Of a stretch of 64,000 bases of DNA, positions 51,893-61,904 are shown piece by piece (the first letter of the stretch is position 1; each line of letters begins with the position of its first letter). The stretch is from an uncultured Alphaproteobacteria bacterium (GTDB taxonomy: Bacteria > Pseudomonadota > Alphaproteobacteria > Rhizobiales > Xanthobacteraceae): contig CAWEER010000005.1 of NCBI GenBank assembly GCA_963808205.1, positions 402,835 through 466,834 of the forward strand, read 5' to 3'. A program made the translations under genes and the position numbers. The notes below the pieces were generated by a model that had not been told where the DNA came from, did no database searches, and saw only the letters and a program-made list of their open reading frames with translations.

Positions 51893-53239
51893 CTAGGCCT
51901 TCTTGGGATCGAGACCTTCCAGCGAACGCCGCGCCGGCTCGACGCCCCAGAAATAGACGGCGACAATCTGCACGATCAAAAGCGCGATCATCAGCCAGAT
52001 CACCCCAGGCAGCTGGTAGTTGACCATGAGAAAGCCGACCACGAATGGCGAGATCACGGTCGCGCCGCGGCCAAGCGTATTGCAGATGCCATTGGCGCGC
52101 AGCCTGATCTCCGTCGGGAACAGTTCGGGCGTATAGACCCCGAACAGGATTGCGGTCTGAATGTAGATCGCGATCAGCAGCACCGCGCCGACGCCCAGCA
52201 CCAGCGCCGGATCGGAGGCCGCATTGAAATGCGCGTAGATCCAGCCGGTGACGATGGTCAGGATCGAGGCGCCGATAATGCTCCAGCGCCGTCCGATTGC
52301 ATCCGACAGAACCGCGCCGCAGGCGCAGCCGACCAGCGAAGCGGCGGCGAGCACGACGGTGTAGCCGAGCGAATTGGTGATGGTGAGGCCCTGCCGCAAA
52401 AAGAACTGCGGCAGGAAGATCACAAAGCCGAAGATCAGCGTATTGATCGTGATCAGCACCCAGCTTCCGACCAGAAGACGCTGCAAGATCGGTGGCCGGA
52501 ACATGTCGGCGGCGGTGAGCTGCGCGACCGGAACGCTGGCCGCGGGCGCAGGCAAAGCGCCGCCCGCGGCGACTTCCTTTTCGAACCTCTCAAGCAGGGC
52601 TTCCGCTTCGGCGGTGCGGCCTTGCGCTTCAAGCCAGCGCGGCGATTCAGGCAGGTTCTTTCGCAGATACCAGACGATCAGAGAGCCGATGCCGGCGATG
52701 ACGAACATCGGCCGCCAGCCCCATTCCGGAATGATCAGATAACTCAAGATCGCTGTGACCGGGAAACCGCACACCGTGAGGAACGCCATGAATGACAGCC
52801 AGCGCCCGCGCGTGGCGGGAGGCACGAATTCGGTCAGCGTCGAATAGCCGACCACGATCTCCGCGCCGAGACCGAGACCCTGGACGAAGCGGCAGGCGAT
52901 GAGCTGGTTCATGTCCTGCGCAAAGGCCGCGGCGAGCGAAGCGAGGCCGAATATCAACAGATTGATCTGATAGGTGAAGCGGCGGCCGAATTTATCGCCG
53001 ACGAACCCAGTGACCAGCGAACCGATGGTCATGCCCACGAAAGTCAGCGACAGGAACTGGAGGTTTTGCGGCAGGGTGGAAAATTTGGTCTGGATCGCCG
53101 AAGCGAGCACGCCGCCCGCGACGTAGAGATCGTAGCCGTCGAAGAACATGCCGGCGCCGACCAGCCAGAAGATGCGGTAGTGAAACGGCGAAATCGGGAG
53201 CCGGTCGAGACGTGCGCCGGCATTGACGGAAGCTGCCAT
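51893..53239 (-). CDS. MFS transporter (sugar-porter / metabolite:H+ symporter type)
   Basis: ORF 51893..53260, ATG 53239. MFFDGYDL, GDKFGRR and PESPRWL are signatures of this family. Convergent with pobA. Confidence 0.88.
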   Translation of the reverse strand: MAASVNAGARLDRLPISPFHYRIFWLVGAGMFFDGYDLYVAGGVLASAIQTKFSTLPQNLQFLSLTFVGMTIGSLVTGFVGDKFGRRFTYQINLLIFGLASLAAAFAQDMNQLIACRFVQGLGLGAEIVVGYSTLTEFVPPATRGRWLSFMAFLTVCGFPVTAILSYLIIPEWGWRPMFVIAGIGSLIVWYLRKNLPESPRWLEAQGRTAEAEALLERFEKEVAAGGALPAPAASVPVAQLTAADMFRPPILQRLLVGSWVLITINTLIFGFVIFLPQFFLRQGLTITNSLGYTVVLAAASLVGCACGAVLSDAIGRRWSIIGASILTIVTGWIYAHFNAASDPALVLGVGAVLLIAIYIQTAILFGVYTPELFPTEIRLRANGICNTLGRGATVISPFVVGFLMVNYQLPGVIWLMIALLIVQIVAVYFWGVEPARRSLEGLDPKKA

Positions 53240-53304
53240 TGTGATGATCCCCCCTGGCACTGTGCGCTCCGGTCTTGGATGCCGGATGGCGCGGGGAGAC
53301 TAAT

Positions 53305-53349
53305 GCATGATCCGCGCAAGTGGAACCCGGTTTCCCGGCAGGATCATGC
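53305..53349. repeat. REP-like palindrome, family D
   Basis: GCATGATCCgcgcaagtggaacccggtttcccggcaGGATCATGC, intergenic. Second copy of the 48454-48494 family. Confidence 0.75.
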
Positions 53350-53376
53350 GGCAACGCGGCACGGCAACGCCGGGCC

Positions 53377-53967
53377 TTATTGGACAGCCTTGCCCTGATG
53401 GGCGCTGTCTTCAAGCAATTGCATATTGGCCGCGACGTAAGGATTGGCCGGATCGAGCGAGCGAGCGCGCTCAAGAATCTTGTGCGCACGCGCATAGTCG
53501 CCGCGCAGCATGTACGAGAAACCCTCGTCGTTGAGGATTTCGACCGTCGGACCGACGATGCGAATGGCCTCACCGTAAGCGCGGTCGGCGAGATCGAAGC
53601 GATGCAGGCGATCATAGGACGCCGCCAGCCCAACCCAGGCCTCGGCATCGCGCGGGCGCTTCTCGACCGCGCTCTGGAAGCTCTTCTGGGCGAGGCCGAA
53701 ATTATTGCTGCGGAAATACTTCTTGCCGAGTTGCACGTCGTCGTGGCGGTCGTCGCCTTGCAGGCCCGGTGTCGACAGCGGCGCGACCGGCTCGCCGCTT
53801 GGCCCCGGTTCGGCAGGCTGGGTGACGATCGTGCCGGTGGTATCGCTATTGGCCGCGCCGTCTGCCGTCGCCGCCGTATCGCCGAGTTTCGGGGAGGTCG
53901 AGCAGCCGGCAACGCAGGTCAGGCCCGCCAGGATGAGGATCAGGACCCGCGCCACTCGGATACACAT
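53377..53967 (-). CDS. TPR-repeat lipoprotein (TadD-like) at the distal end of the Tad locus
   Basis: ORF 53377..54042, ATG 53967. Lipobox LTCVAGC|S. TPR-like helices (AEAWVGLAASYDRLHRFDLADRAYGEAIRI...). Confidence 0.7.
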   Translation of the reverse strand: MCIRVARVLILILAGLTCVAGCSTSPKLGDTAATADGAANSDTTGTIVTQPAEPGPSGEPVAPLSTPGLQGDDRHDDVQLGKKYFRSNNFGLAQKSFQSAVEKRPRDAEAWVGLAASYDRLHRFDLADRAYGEAIRIVGPTVEILNDEGFSYMLRGDYARAHKILERARSLDPANPYVAANMQLLEDSAHQGKAVQ

Positions 53968-54211
53968 TGCCGCGCCCCGGACCAGCCGTGCCCGCCAATT
54001 CCGCCCCAGTGCGGATACGCCGTCCGGCCCGGAAGGGCCCACGGCAGCGGACGTGCAAAGCTAGGCGACGAGGGTTAAGGAATCCCTTGCCGGGTCTTAA
54101 CCTTTGCCTGCTGCGGACGGGAAAGGGCCATATCGCCAAAGCCATTCCGGCCAGCGTTTGCGCCCGGTCTGCTCGGCGGCAGTCCCCGGACGAGGGGAGC
54201 GAACGGGCCGC

Positions 54212-55171
54212 TTACCAATTATGGGTCGCCAGCCGCACGATGACCGGGCACAGGATGACGATGAACAGCACCGGGAAAATGCACACCATCATCGGCACCG
54301 CCAGCTTGGCAGGAAGGCTGTAAGCCTTCTCTTCGGCGCGCGAGAGACGCTTGTGGCGCATGTCGTCGCTATAGACGCGCAGCGCATCGCCGATGCTCGA
54401 GCCGAGTTCTTCCGACTGCTGGATCAAGGTAGCGAAGGAACGCGCTTCGTCGAGGCCAAGACGGTCGCCAAGATGCTCCAGCGCCTCGGCCATGGTACGG
54501 CCGGCACGGATTTCGAGATTGGACATGTGGATATTGGCGGCGAGCGACGGATAGGAATCGGCGAGTTCGCCGCCAACGCGGTCGAGGGCCGCCTCCATGC
54601 TCAGGCCGGCATCCGCGCAGACCACGAGCAGGTCCATGAAATCGGGGAAACCCGACTGGTGCTCAAGCCGCTTTCCCGCGATGCGCCGGTCGAGATAAAG
54701 GCTCGGCGCCAGGTAGCCGACAACGCCGGCGCACATGACGAACAGCCAGTACGAGGTTTTGGCGGCGAAGCCGAACATCGGCAATACGAAAAATGCGATC
54801 GCCGCGAGAACCACGGCCATCGCGGCACGCCCGATGAAGTAATAGGCGGCAGCGTGCGGACCATAAATTCCGGCCCGGATGAGACGGCGGCGCAAGACCT
54901 TCACGTCATCGTTGTCGGTCGAGGAATAATTCTTCGTCGCGTAGTCGATGAGCTTCTGCGCCGTCTTCGCGCCGGAAAAGCGCAACGCGCGCCGGCCGGC
55001 CGGCGCGCCCTCGTCAAGGCCGACGCGGACCGCGCGGCGGCGCACCGCCTCGCGCGCGCGCATGCCGATCATCACCGCGAAGGCGAGCGTGCCGGCGGCA
55101 AGGAATATGAGCACGCTGAGCATCAGCGGAGCGTTATCGCCGAGCATGGCTATGGTCGTACCCGGGTTCAT
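54212..55171 (-). CDS. tadC: Tad pilus inner-membrane platform protein TadC (T2SS F domain)
   Basis: 319 aa with a T2SSF-type pattern, directly downstream of tadB. Confidence 0.88.
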   Translation of the reverse strand: MNPGTTIAMLGDNAPLMLSVLIFLAAGTLAFAVMIGMRAREAVRRRAVRVGLDEGAPAGRRALRFSGAKTAQKLIDYATKNYSSTDNDDVKVLRRRLIRAGIYGPHAAAYYFIGRAAMAVVLAAIAFFVLPMFGFAAKTSYWLFVMCAGVVGYLAPSLYLDRRIAGKRLEHQSGFPDFMDLLVVCADAGLSMEAALDRVGGELADSYPSLAANIHMSNLEIRAGRTMAEALEHLGDRLGLDEARSFATLIQQSEELGSSIGDALRVYSDDMRHKRLSRAEEKAYSLPAKLAVPMMVCIFPVLFIVILCPVIVRLATHNW

Positions 55172-55172
55172 C

Positions 55173-56138
55173 CTAGATTTTGAAATTGACCATTCTGAAC
55201 ATGACCATATTGCCGACTAACATCCAGCCGGTCGAGGCGAACAGCAGGATCTTGGTCAGCCGCTCGCCCCAAACCGGGCCGTAAAAGTCAGGCGCGATGA
55301 ACTGGATGACGATGAACATGCCGATCGGCAACGACGAAAGGATCATTGCGGAGGCGCGGCCCTCGGCCGCCAGCGCGCGAATCTTGCGCCGCATTTTGAA
55401 ACGCTGGCGAATGACGCCGGAAAGATTTTCCAAAATCTCGCCTAGATTGCCGCCCGTCGAGCCCTGAATCGCGACCGCGGTGACGAACAGCGGCAGATCG
55501 TCGGAACCGATGCGCATGTAAAGATTCCGCATCGCCGTTTCGAGATCTGCGCCGTAGGTGATCTCGTCCGATACGATGCCAAACTCGCTGCCTATCGGGT
55601 CGGCCATTTCGCGGCCGACCATGGAAATGGCGATCGGTACCGGGTGTCCGGCGCGCAGGCTGCGCACGATGATGTCGAGCGCATCGGGGAATTGAGCGCC
55701 GAACTTCTTCTGCCGGCGGGAACGAAGCATTCGCAACGCAAAATAAGGAAACGCAGTCGCACTAAGGACCGCGGCCGCGATCGCGTCGACGAACCCGCCG
55801 CGGAACAGCAAGGTGCCACCGAGTGCACACAGGGTCGCGATGCCGACAATGATCAGAAGGCGCGTAAGTCCGAGCGTCACGCCCGATTGCAGGATCAGCC
55901 GGTTCAATGTGGTAAGACCGAACTGGAAATCGCCGCTGGCGGTCAGCCCGCGTTCGCGCCGCAGCTCGACAAGAACGCTACCGCGATCGGTACGGTCCTT
56001 CGACAGCATCAGCCGCCGGTTGATGTTGCTGCGATAGGATGCGGCCGAGAAGCACATCAGATAGACGGCTTCGACCGTGAGCCCCGCCGAGACCGCGACG
56101 AACAGCCAAACCAGGTAGATCGGGTTGATATCGAACAT
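55173..56138 (-). CDS. tadB: Tad pilus inner-membrane platform protein TadB (T2SS F domain)
   Basis: 321 aa. FPDALDIIVRSLRAGHP is a T2SSF-type motif. Directly downstream of cpaF. Confidence 0.88.
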   Translation of the reverse strand: MFDINPIYLVWLFVAVSAGLTVEAVYLMCFSAASYRSNINRRLMLSKDRTDRGSVLVELRRERGLTASGDFQFGLTTLNRLILQSGVTLGLTRLLIIVGIATLCALGGTLLFRGGFVDAIAAAVLSATAFPYFALRMLRSRRQKKFGAQFPDALDIIVRSLRAGHPVPIAISMVGREMADPIGSEFGIVSDEITYGADLETAMRNLYMRIGSDDLPLFVTAVAIQGSTGGNLGEILENLSGVIRQRFKMRRKIRALAAEGRASAMILSSLPIGMFIVIQFIAPDFYGPVWGERLTKILLFASTGWMLVGNMVMFRMVNFKI

Positions 56139-56150
56139 CGGCGGCGTCCG

Positions 56151-57569
56151 TCACAACGGCTGCGAAGGATCGAAATAGGTGCCGGGAAGCTTCACTCCGA
56201 GCGCGATCAGTTCGTTGAGGAATCGCGGCCGCACGCCGGTGGCCTGGAAATGACCCTGGACGCTGCCATCCACGGCGGTGCCCGTGCGCACAAATTTGAA
56301 GATTTCCTGCATCTGGATGATGTCGCCTTCGAGTCCGGTAATCTCGGCAATGCTCATCACGCGGCGTTTGCCGTCGGACAGCCGCGACAATTGCACGATG
56401 ACCTTGATCGCGGCGGCGATCTGGCCGCGAATGCTGGCGACCGTCATCGGCAGACCGGCCATGCCGATCATCTGCTCGAGGCGTGAGATGGCGTCGCGCG
56501 GCGTATTGGCGTGGACCGTCGCCATGGAGCCTTCGTGGCCGGTATTCATGGCCTGCAGCATGTCGAAGGCTTCCTCGCCGCGGCACTCGCCGAGGATGAC
56601 GCGGTCGGGCCGCATGCGCAGCGCGTTCTTGACGAGATCGCGCTGGCGGATTTCACCCTTGCCCTCGATGCTCGGCGGCCGCGTCTCCATGCGACCGACA
56701 TGTGGCTGCTGCAATTGCAATTCGGCGGCGTCTTCGATCGTGAGAAGCCGCTCTTTTTCGGAAATAAAGGCCGACAGCGCATTGAGCATCGTCGTCTTGC
56801 CCGAACCGGTGCCGCCGGAAATGATGAGCGTGATGCGCGCCTTCACCGCTGCGGCGAGCAATTCGGCCATTTGCGGGCGGAACGCGCCGACTTCGACCAG
56901 CTTGTCGAGGTTGAACGGCTTCTTGGAGAATTTGCGGATCGACATCAGCGGGCCGTCGATGGCGACCGGCCGCACCGCCACGTTGACGCGCGAGCCGTCG
57001 AGGAGCCGCGCGTCGCACATCGGATGCAATTCATCGACGCGGCGGCCAACGGCGGAGACGATCTTGTTGATGATGCGCAGAAGATGCGCCTCGTCCTTGA
57101 AGCGCACGCCGGTCGGTTCGAGGATGCCGCGGCGTTCGACATAGACGCATTCGTGACCGTTGATGAGGATATCGTTGACGCTGGCGTCCTTGAGCAGCGG
57201 CTCGAGCGGGCCGAGGCCCGTCATTTCATCGATGATTTCCGCGACGAAATCGTTGAGCTCCTGCGTGTTGAGCGCCAGCCGCTCGACCAGCACATATTGC
57301 GTTACGAGCTGCAGGATATGGGCGCGCATTTCATCTTCCGGCAGCTTTTCCAGCGCCGAAAGATTGATTTCCTCGATCAGCCGCCGATGCAGGCGGACCT
57401 TGGCGTCGAGAAGCTTGTCGGTGAGAAGCGGATTGGAGGAAGAGGGCGCGGCCGGCTCCGGCGCGGCCTCCGGGAGCGCCGTCCACGGCACGCTTTCCGC
57501 CGGAGATTCGTCCGCCGCCGGAACGAGGTCCGGGGCAGCAACGCGGTGTGTTGAAAAACGGCCAGCCAT
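56151..57569 (-). CDS. cpaF: Tad pilus secretion ATPase CpaF/TadA
   Basis: Walker A GGTGSGKTT, Asp box, Walker B DRVILGECRG, His box. Confidence 0.96.
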   Translation of the reverse strand: MAGRFSTHRVAAPDLVPAADESPAESVPWTALPEAAPEPAAPSSSNPLLTDKLLDAKVRLHRRLIEEINLSALEKLPEDEMRAHILQLVTQYVLVERLALNTQELNDFVAEIIDEMTGLGPLEPLLKDASVNDILINGHECVYVERRGILEPTGVRFKDEAHLLRIINKIVSAVGRRVDELHPMCDARLLDGSRVNVAVRPVAIDGPLMSIRKFSKKPFNLDKLVEVGAFRPQMAELLAAAVKARITLIISGGTGSGKTTMLNALSAFISEKERLLTIEDAAELQLQQPHVGRMETRPPSIEGKGEIRQRDLVKNALRMRPDRVILGECRGEEAFDMLQAMNTGHEGSMATVHANTPRDAISRLEQMIGMAGLPMTVASIRGQIAAAIKVIVQLSRLSDGKRRVMSIAEITGLEGDIIQMQEIFKFVRTGTAVDGSVQGHFQATGVRPRFLNELIALGVKLPGTYFDPSQPL

Positions 57570-57597
57570 GACGATGTCCTAGAACGCCTTGATTATG

Positions 57598-57675
57598 CCG
57601 CTCGTCCCCGCGAAAGCGGGGACGCAGTGAGTATTGCGACTGCCACTGGATTCCCGCTTTCGCGGGAATGAGCGG
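57598..57675. repeat. REP-like composite palindrome, family A
   Basis: ccgctcgTCCCCGCgaaaGCGGGGAcgcagtgagtattgcgactgccactggaTTCCCGCtttcGCGGGAAtgagcgg. It uses the same two hairpin modules and CGCTCG/CGAGCG flanks as 11486-11559. Confidence 0.8.
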
Positions 57676-57707
57676 AAGTATCCCGAAGTCTCGCGCCACG
57701 ATCGGAT

Positions 57708-58935
57708 CTACGACCGTGCCCACGACAGCTTGAATTTTCTGGCGGGCCCCAGGGGCTTCTTTCTCGGCTTTGCCGTTCGCCTGCGGCAGGACCAGTTTCT
57801 TGAGCTGAAGCGTGATCTTGTTGCCGGCCCGCACCTCTTCCAGAGGAACGCCGCGATCGATGGCCTCGCGCACCAGCCCGTAATCGTTCGGCACATAGGC
57901 GAGGAAAGCGTCGCCGATCGCCTGCTGGATGTCGCCGCGGCGCAAACCGGACGAGAACATTTTCTGCACGAAGCGATTGATGATGACCTGCGGCTTCGGC
58001 CCGTCGCCCATGCGCTCGCGAATCGCGTCGACCAGTTGCCTGGCGTGACGCAGGCCCGGCACTGTCGTCTCGCTGACGATGAATACCTTGTTCGAGCCAA
58101 GCAGCACGCTGTCGGTCCACGAGAACCACGTGCGCGGCATGTCGAACACAACGTAGTCGAAATGCGACGATACCAGATCGAGCAGCCGCATCACCACGTC
58201 AGGATCGAACGAACGCATTTCCGCCGGACGGTTCGGTGCAGCGACCACGGCGAGGCCCGACGGATGCTGCGAGATCATGACTTCGAGCAACTGGCGGTCG
58301 AGCCGCTCCGGGCGCGGTTCGATCTCGTTGAGATTGAGCCGCGGCTCGATATCCAGATGGTAGCAGCAGGACCCGTGCTGGAAATCGAGATCGACGAGGC
58401 ATGTCGATGACTTGCCGCGCGGTCCGCTATTGAGGAGCAGCATGGCCGTCTGCACCGCAAGCGTCGTCACGCCGGCGCCGCCGACGGCGGGCAGGAATGT
58501 GAAAATCTGCGCTTCGGTGGACTCGGCACTCGCTTGGGGCTTTGCGACGCGCGCGCAGGTCCGCACCAGCTCGACCGGCGGCACTGGCTTGACCAGGAAA
58601 TCCGCAACCCGCATCTGCATCAGCCGGCGGACGTCGCCTTCATCGAAGTCCTGGGTCACCGCGACCACAGGCGGCCAATTGCCGATACGGCGCATCAGGC
58701 GCTCGAGCGCCTGCATCTCGGACTCGTCGGAGGCATCGATGTCAGCGACGACCACCGTCGCTCCCGTGATGTCGATCTTGTCGCCGCCCTCCGCGAGCCG
58801 CCCCTTGATCACGTCGAGGCCGATCTGCGCACTCGCGCTGAAAGTGGCGCGAATGGACTCCTCGAACGCCTCGTCGGCGGTCAGGACCACGACCTTGGCC
58901 TGGACGGATGGGGTTGTGGATCGTCCGATGCGCAT
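57708..58935 (-). CDS. cpaE: Tad pilus assembly ParA/MinD-like ATPase CpaE (TadZ); 3' end frame-disrupted or read-through
   Basis: ORF 57331..58935. Receiver-like N-domain plus the deviant Walker A LPAVGGAGVTTLAV. The annotated frame has no stop until 57331, inside cpaF. The +1 frame stops at TAG 57708-57710. The span is 1228 nt (3n+1). Confidence 0.8.
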
Positions 58936-58965
58936 GATTTCAGGCTCGCAATACTGATCCGAAGA

Positions 58966-59349
58966 TCATTGACCCGGGGTGCTGACCGATGCCGGCGCAC
59001 CGCCAGTATTGACGGTGGTCTGCGTGACGTTCTGCGACCCCTGGTTCGTCAATTCGGGACTCTGCGGATCCGACGGTTGGATGACCTTGCCGGTGCGATA
59101 GCGTTCGACGGCGCTCTGCATCTTCTGGCCATTGAACGCGATATTGTTGTTGCCGCTATAGGCCGGCCACGGATCGACGATCATCTGCGCCTTGTTGGCG
59201 GCGATGGCATCGCCGGCGCCGAGAAAAATCGTATCGCGGCGGTCGAGATAGGCGCTCGGGTTGGAGCAGCCGGCGAGCCACGCGCTCAGCGTCAGCGCCG
59301 ACATGCAACCAGCGACAAGGCGCACGGCCTTAATTTTTGGCGGATACAT
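58966..59349 (-). CDS. Small lipoprotein in the CpaD position of the Tad locus (127 aa)
   Basis: ORF 58966..59391. ATG 59349 has a strong GGAGG 5 nt upstream. Signal MYPPKIKAVRLVAGCMSALTLSAWLAGC|S. It overlaps the cpaC 3' end by 20 nt. Confidence 0.65.
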   Translation of the reverse strand: MYPPKIKAVRLVAGCMSALTLSAWLAGCSNPSAYLDRRDTIFLGAGDAIAANKAQMIVDPWPAYSGNNNIAFNGQKMQSAVERYRTGKVIQPSDPQSPELTNQGSQNVTQTTVNTGGAPASVSTPGQ

Positions 59350-60973
59350 ACGCGCCTCCATATTGCGGCAGGTCGAGGATATGGCCGACATAGGGACGGC
59401 TCAGGCCGCCGGCGGCGAACCGCGCCAAATTCGGGCTGACCTCCGTCTTGCCCTCCAGGAGCAGATCGGCATCGTTCGGCGGCAACGTGTTGTCGAGCGG
59501 GCTGTGGGCCGGCTCCGTCGGCGTCATCGGGCGGACGATGTGCGGCGTCACCAGGATCACCAGGTCGGTTTCGCTCTTCTGATAGTCGGTACTGCGGAAT
59601 AGTGCGCCGAGCACCGGAACATCACCGACATACGGCAACTGGTCCTGGGCATTGGTGTTGGTGTTCTGCAATAGGCCGCCCAGCATGAAGCTCTGTCCAT
59701 CGCGCAATTCGAGCGTGGTCGCCGCTTTGCGCGTCGTCAGTCCCGGGACGAACGTCCCAGCTACGGTCACGCCGTTTACCGGGTCGAGTTCGCTCACTTC
59801 CGGTTTCACGACGAGGTTGATGAGCCCGTCGCGAAGAACTGTCGGAGTGAACGAGAGGCCGACGCCATAGGGCTGGAAGCCGAACGACGGCGTGCCGGTC
59901 GCCCCGACTTCCGGGATCGGAATCTGGCCGCCGGCAAGGAAACTCGCGGTTTCACCCGAGAGCGTCACCAGATTGGGTTCGGCGAGGCTGCGCGCGGCGC
60001 CCTGCGTTTCAAGCGCGTTGACCGCGATCTGAAGCCGGTTCGACAACTGTCCGACAAGAAAGCCGAATGGAGTGGCGCCCGAAAGCACACCCGCAGCAAC
60101 AATTGGCGAGATCGGCAAGCCGGTGGCCGGCACGTTGGCGCCGCCGGCGCCGGTGCCCAAAAGGCCGCCCTGCTGAAACGCGCCATTCGGCTGCGTGATC
60201 GGCAATTGCGAAGCAGGCCGGCCCGAGCCGACGTTAGCAAGAACCGAATTGCCGAAGGCGTTCCATTGCACCCCGAGATCGCGGCCCGCCGAGCGTTTCA
60301 CCTCGAGGAATCGTACCTCAAGCATGATCTGCTGCGGCCGCGAAACCTCGACCGTATTGATCGGGTCCGGGCCGAACTGGCGGGCGATCTCCATGGCCTT
60401 ATCGAGCGTGGCGGCGTCCGAAGACGTTCCGCTCAGCATGATGCGGCCGTTGATCGACGACACTTTGATGCTGCCGCCGGTGAAACGATGGATTTCCGTC
60501 GCCAGCCGCGAAATGTCGTAGGACACCTCGATGTCGAAAATGCCGACCGGCTTCTTGTCCTCGCTATAGACGGTCACCCGCGTGGTGCCGATCTTCTTGC
60601 CGAGAATCGACAGCGAGTGATCGGTGAGCGGGCTGACGTCCGCCACATCCGGATCGCCGACCGTGATATCGGTGAAGTTCTGGTCGGTGCGCACGTCCTG
60701 GGTCTTGCCGACCGTCACCGTGAGTGTCGAGGTGTGCACGACATTGCTGCCGACAGCGATGTGCTGCTGCGCATGCACCGCCGGCACGAACGCCAGCATG
60801 ACCGTGGCCGCAAGCACCGCCTTGATCCAGCCGCGCCGCAACAGCGCGCCGATCCTGATGCCCGTTTCCGGAAGTCCCCTGTCCACATACCGGGGGCTTT
60901 CGCCCGCGGCATAATCTTTACTCTTGTACTGGTTTTTCACGTCGGCCTCCCCGCCGCTCGTTGTCGTCCCCAA
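59330..60973 (-). CDS. cpaC: Tad pilus outer-membrane secretin CpaC/RcpA
   Basis: BON-like N-domain plus a secretin C-domain (...LEVRFLEVKR...VTPHIVRP). The start is uncertain: TTG 60973, or GTG 60940 behind GGGGAGG. The signal peptide ends AVHA. Confidence 0.9.
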   Translation of the reverse strand: MGTTTSGGEADVKNQYKSKDYAAGESPRYVDRGLPETGIRIGALLRRGWIKAVLAATVMLAFVPAVHAQQHIAVGSNVVHTSTLTVTVGKTQDVRTDQNFTDITVGDPDVADVSPLTDHSLSILGKKIGTTRVTVYSEDKKPVGIFDIEVSYDISRLATEIHRFTGGSIKVSSINGRIMLSGTSSDAATLDKAMEIARQFGPDPINTVEVSRPQQIMLEVRFLEVKRSAGRDLGVQWNAFGNSVLANVGSGRPASQLPITQPNGAFQQGGLLGTGAGGANVPATGLPISPIVAAGVLSGATPFGFLVGQLSNRLQIAVNALETQGAARSLAEPNLVTLSGETASFLAGGQIPIPEVGATGTPSFGFQPYGVGLSFTPTVLRDGLINLVVKPEVSELDPVNGVTVAGTFVPGLTTRKAATTLELRDGQSFMLGGLLQNTNTNAQDQLPYVGDVPVLGALFRSTDYQKSETDLVILVTPHIVRPMTPTEPAHSPLDNTLPPNDADLLLEGKTEVSPNLARFAAGGLSRPYVGHILDLPQYGGAYVSAKN

Positions 60974-61031
60974 AACCCGAACTTCACTTCGCTCCGTTTC
61001 GTATCGTTCGAACCTGTCATTCGATTTCGTA

Positions 61032-61904
61032 TCAGTCGTGCGCCGATGCCGGCTGCGACAGCGCCGCGGAGTGCGCGTCGTTGCGCTCGGTCGGCACGGT
61101 GTATTCGGTGCGCTCGTTCTTGCCCGGGCGAACGACGCTGATGGTGATAAAGCGGCGATCCGGCGCCGGCGCAGCCGATTTGCCGAGATCGGCGGAGGTG
61201 ACGCGCCGTAACTCGTCGTTGGCGAGGTCGCCCGCTTTGCGCAACAAGAGCGACAGCGTGCCTACCGTGGATGCGAGTGCAATCTTCTGGCCGTCGGTGA
61301 CGTCAACCTCGACGGTGACGGCCTTGACCACCGCCACCTTGTCGTTTTTCTCGTCGGCAAGCTGATCGATGGCGAGGACACGCACGTCCTCGAGCACGAC
61401 GTCGGTTACCGCGTTGTTCTTTTCGCCCTGCCGCGTCAGGAGCACATCGACACGGTCGCCGGGCAACACGAAACCGGCGACACCCTGGACGTCATTGACC
61501 CGGATGGTGACCGCCTTCATGCCGTCGCCGATCACCGCCGAGAGCGTGGCGCGCTGGCCCGGACCTGTGATCTTGCTGGCAAGGATCGCCTCGTTGATGT
61601 CGAAGGGCATCAGCACGACGCGCTTGCCCGCGGTGATATCCGCGATCTTGTTGAAAGCGCCGGCCGGCAGCGCATCCTGCGGCCACGGGACTTCGCGCAA
61701 CGCCTGTGCAGTGAGCTCCTCGCCGAACCGCAATGGGCGATTGGCAACCACGATCGTGCGCTCGGGCGGCGGCGCCTTATGCTGCGCTTCGAGGCTTTTC
61801 ATGCGCGCGTCGGACTGGTTGTTGAGCCAGGTCTGCGCGAGAAAAACCGCGAGCAGTCCGAACAGGACCGCAAAGCCGATCATGACGATTGTACTGGTAC
61901 GCAA
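61032..61904 (-). CDS. cpaB: Flp pilus assembly protein CpaB/RcpC
   Basis: TTG start at 61904 behind GGGGA. N-terminal TM IVMIGFAVLFGLLAVFLA, then a SAF-like domain IVVANRPLRFGEELT. Confidence 0.9.
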   Translation of the reverse strand: MRTSTIVMIGFAVLFGLLAVFLAQTWLNNQSDARMKSLEAQHKAPPPERTIVVANRPLRFGEELTAQALREVPWPQDALPAGAFNKIADITAGKRVVLMPFDINEAILASKITGPGQRATLSAVIGDGMKAVTIRVNDVQGVAGFVLPGDRVDVLLTRQGEKNNAVTDVVLEDVRVLAIDQLADEKNDKVAVVKAVTVEVDVTDGQKIALASTVGTLSLLLRKAGDLANDELRRVTSADLGKSAAPAPDRRFITISVVRPGKNERTEYTVPTERNDAHSAALSQPASAHD

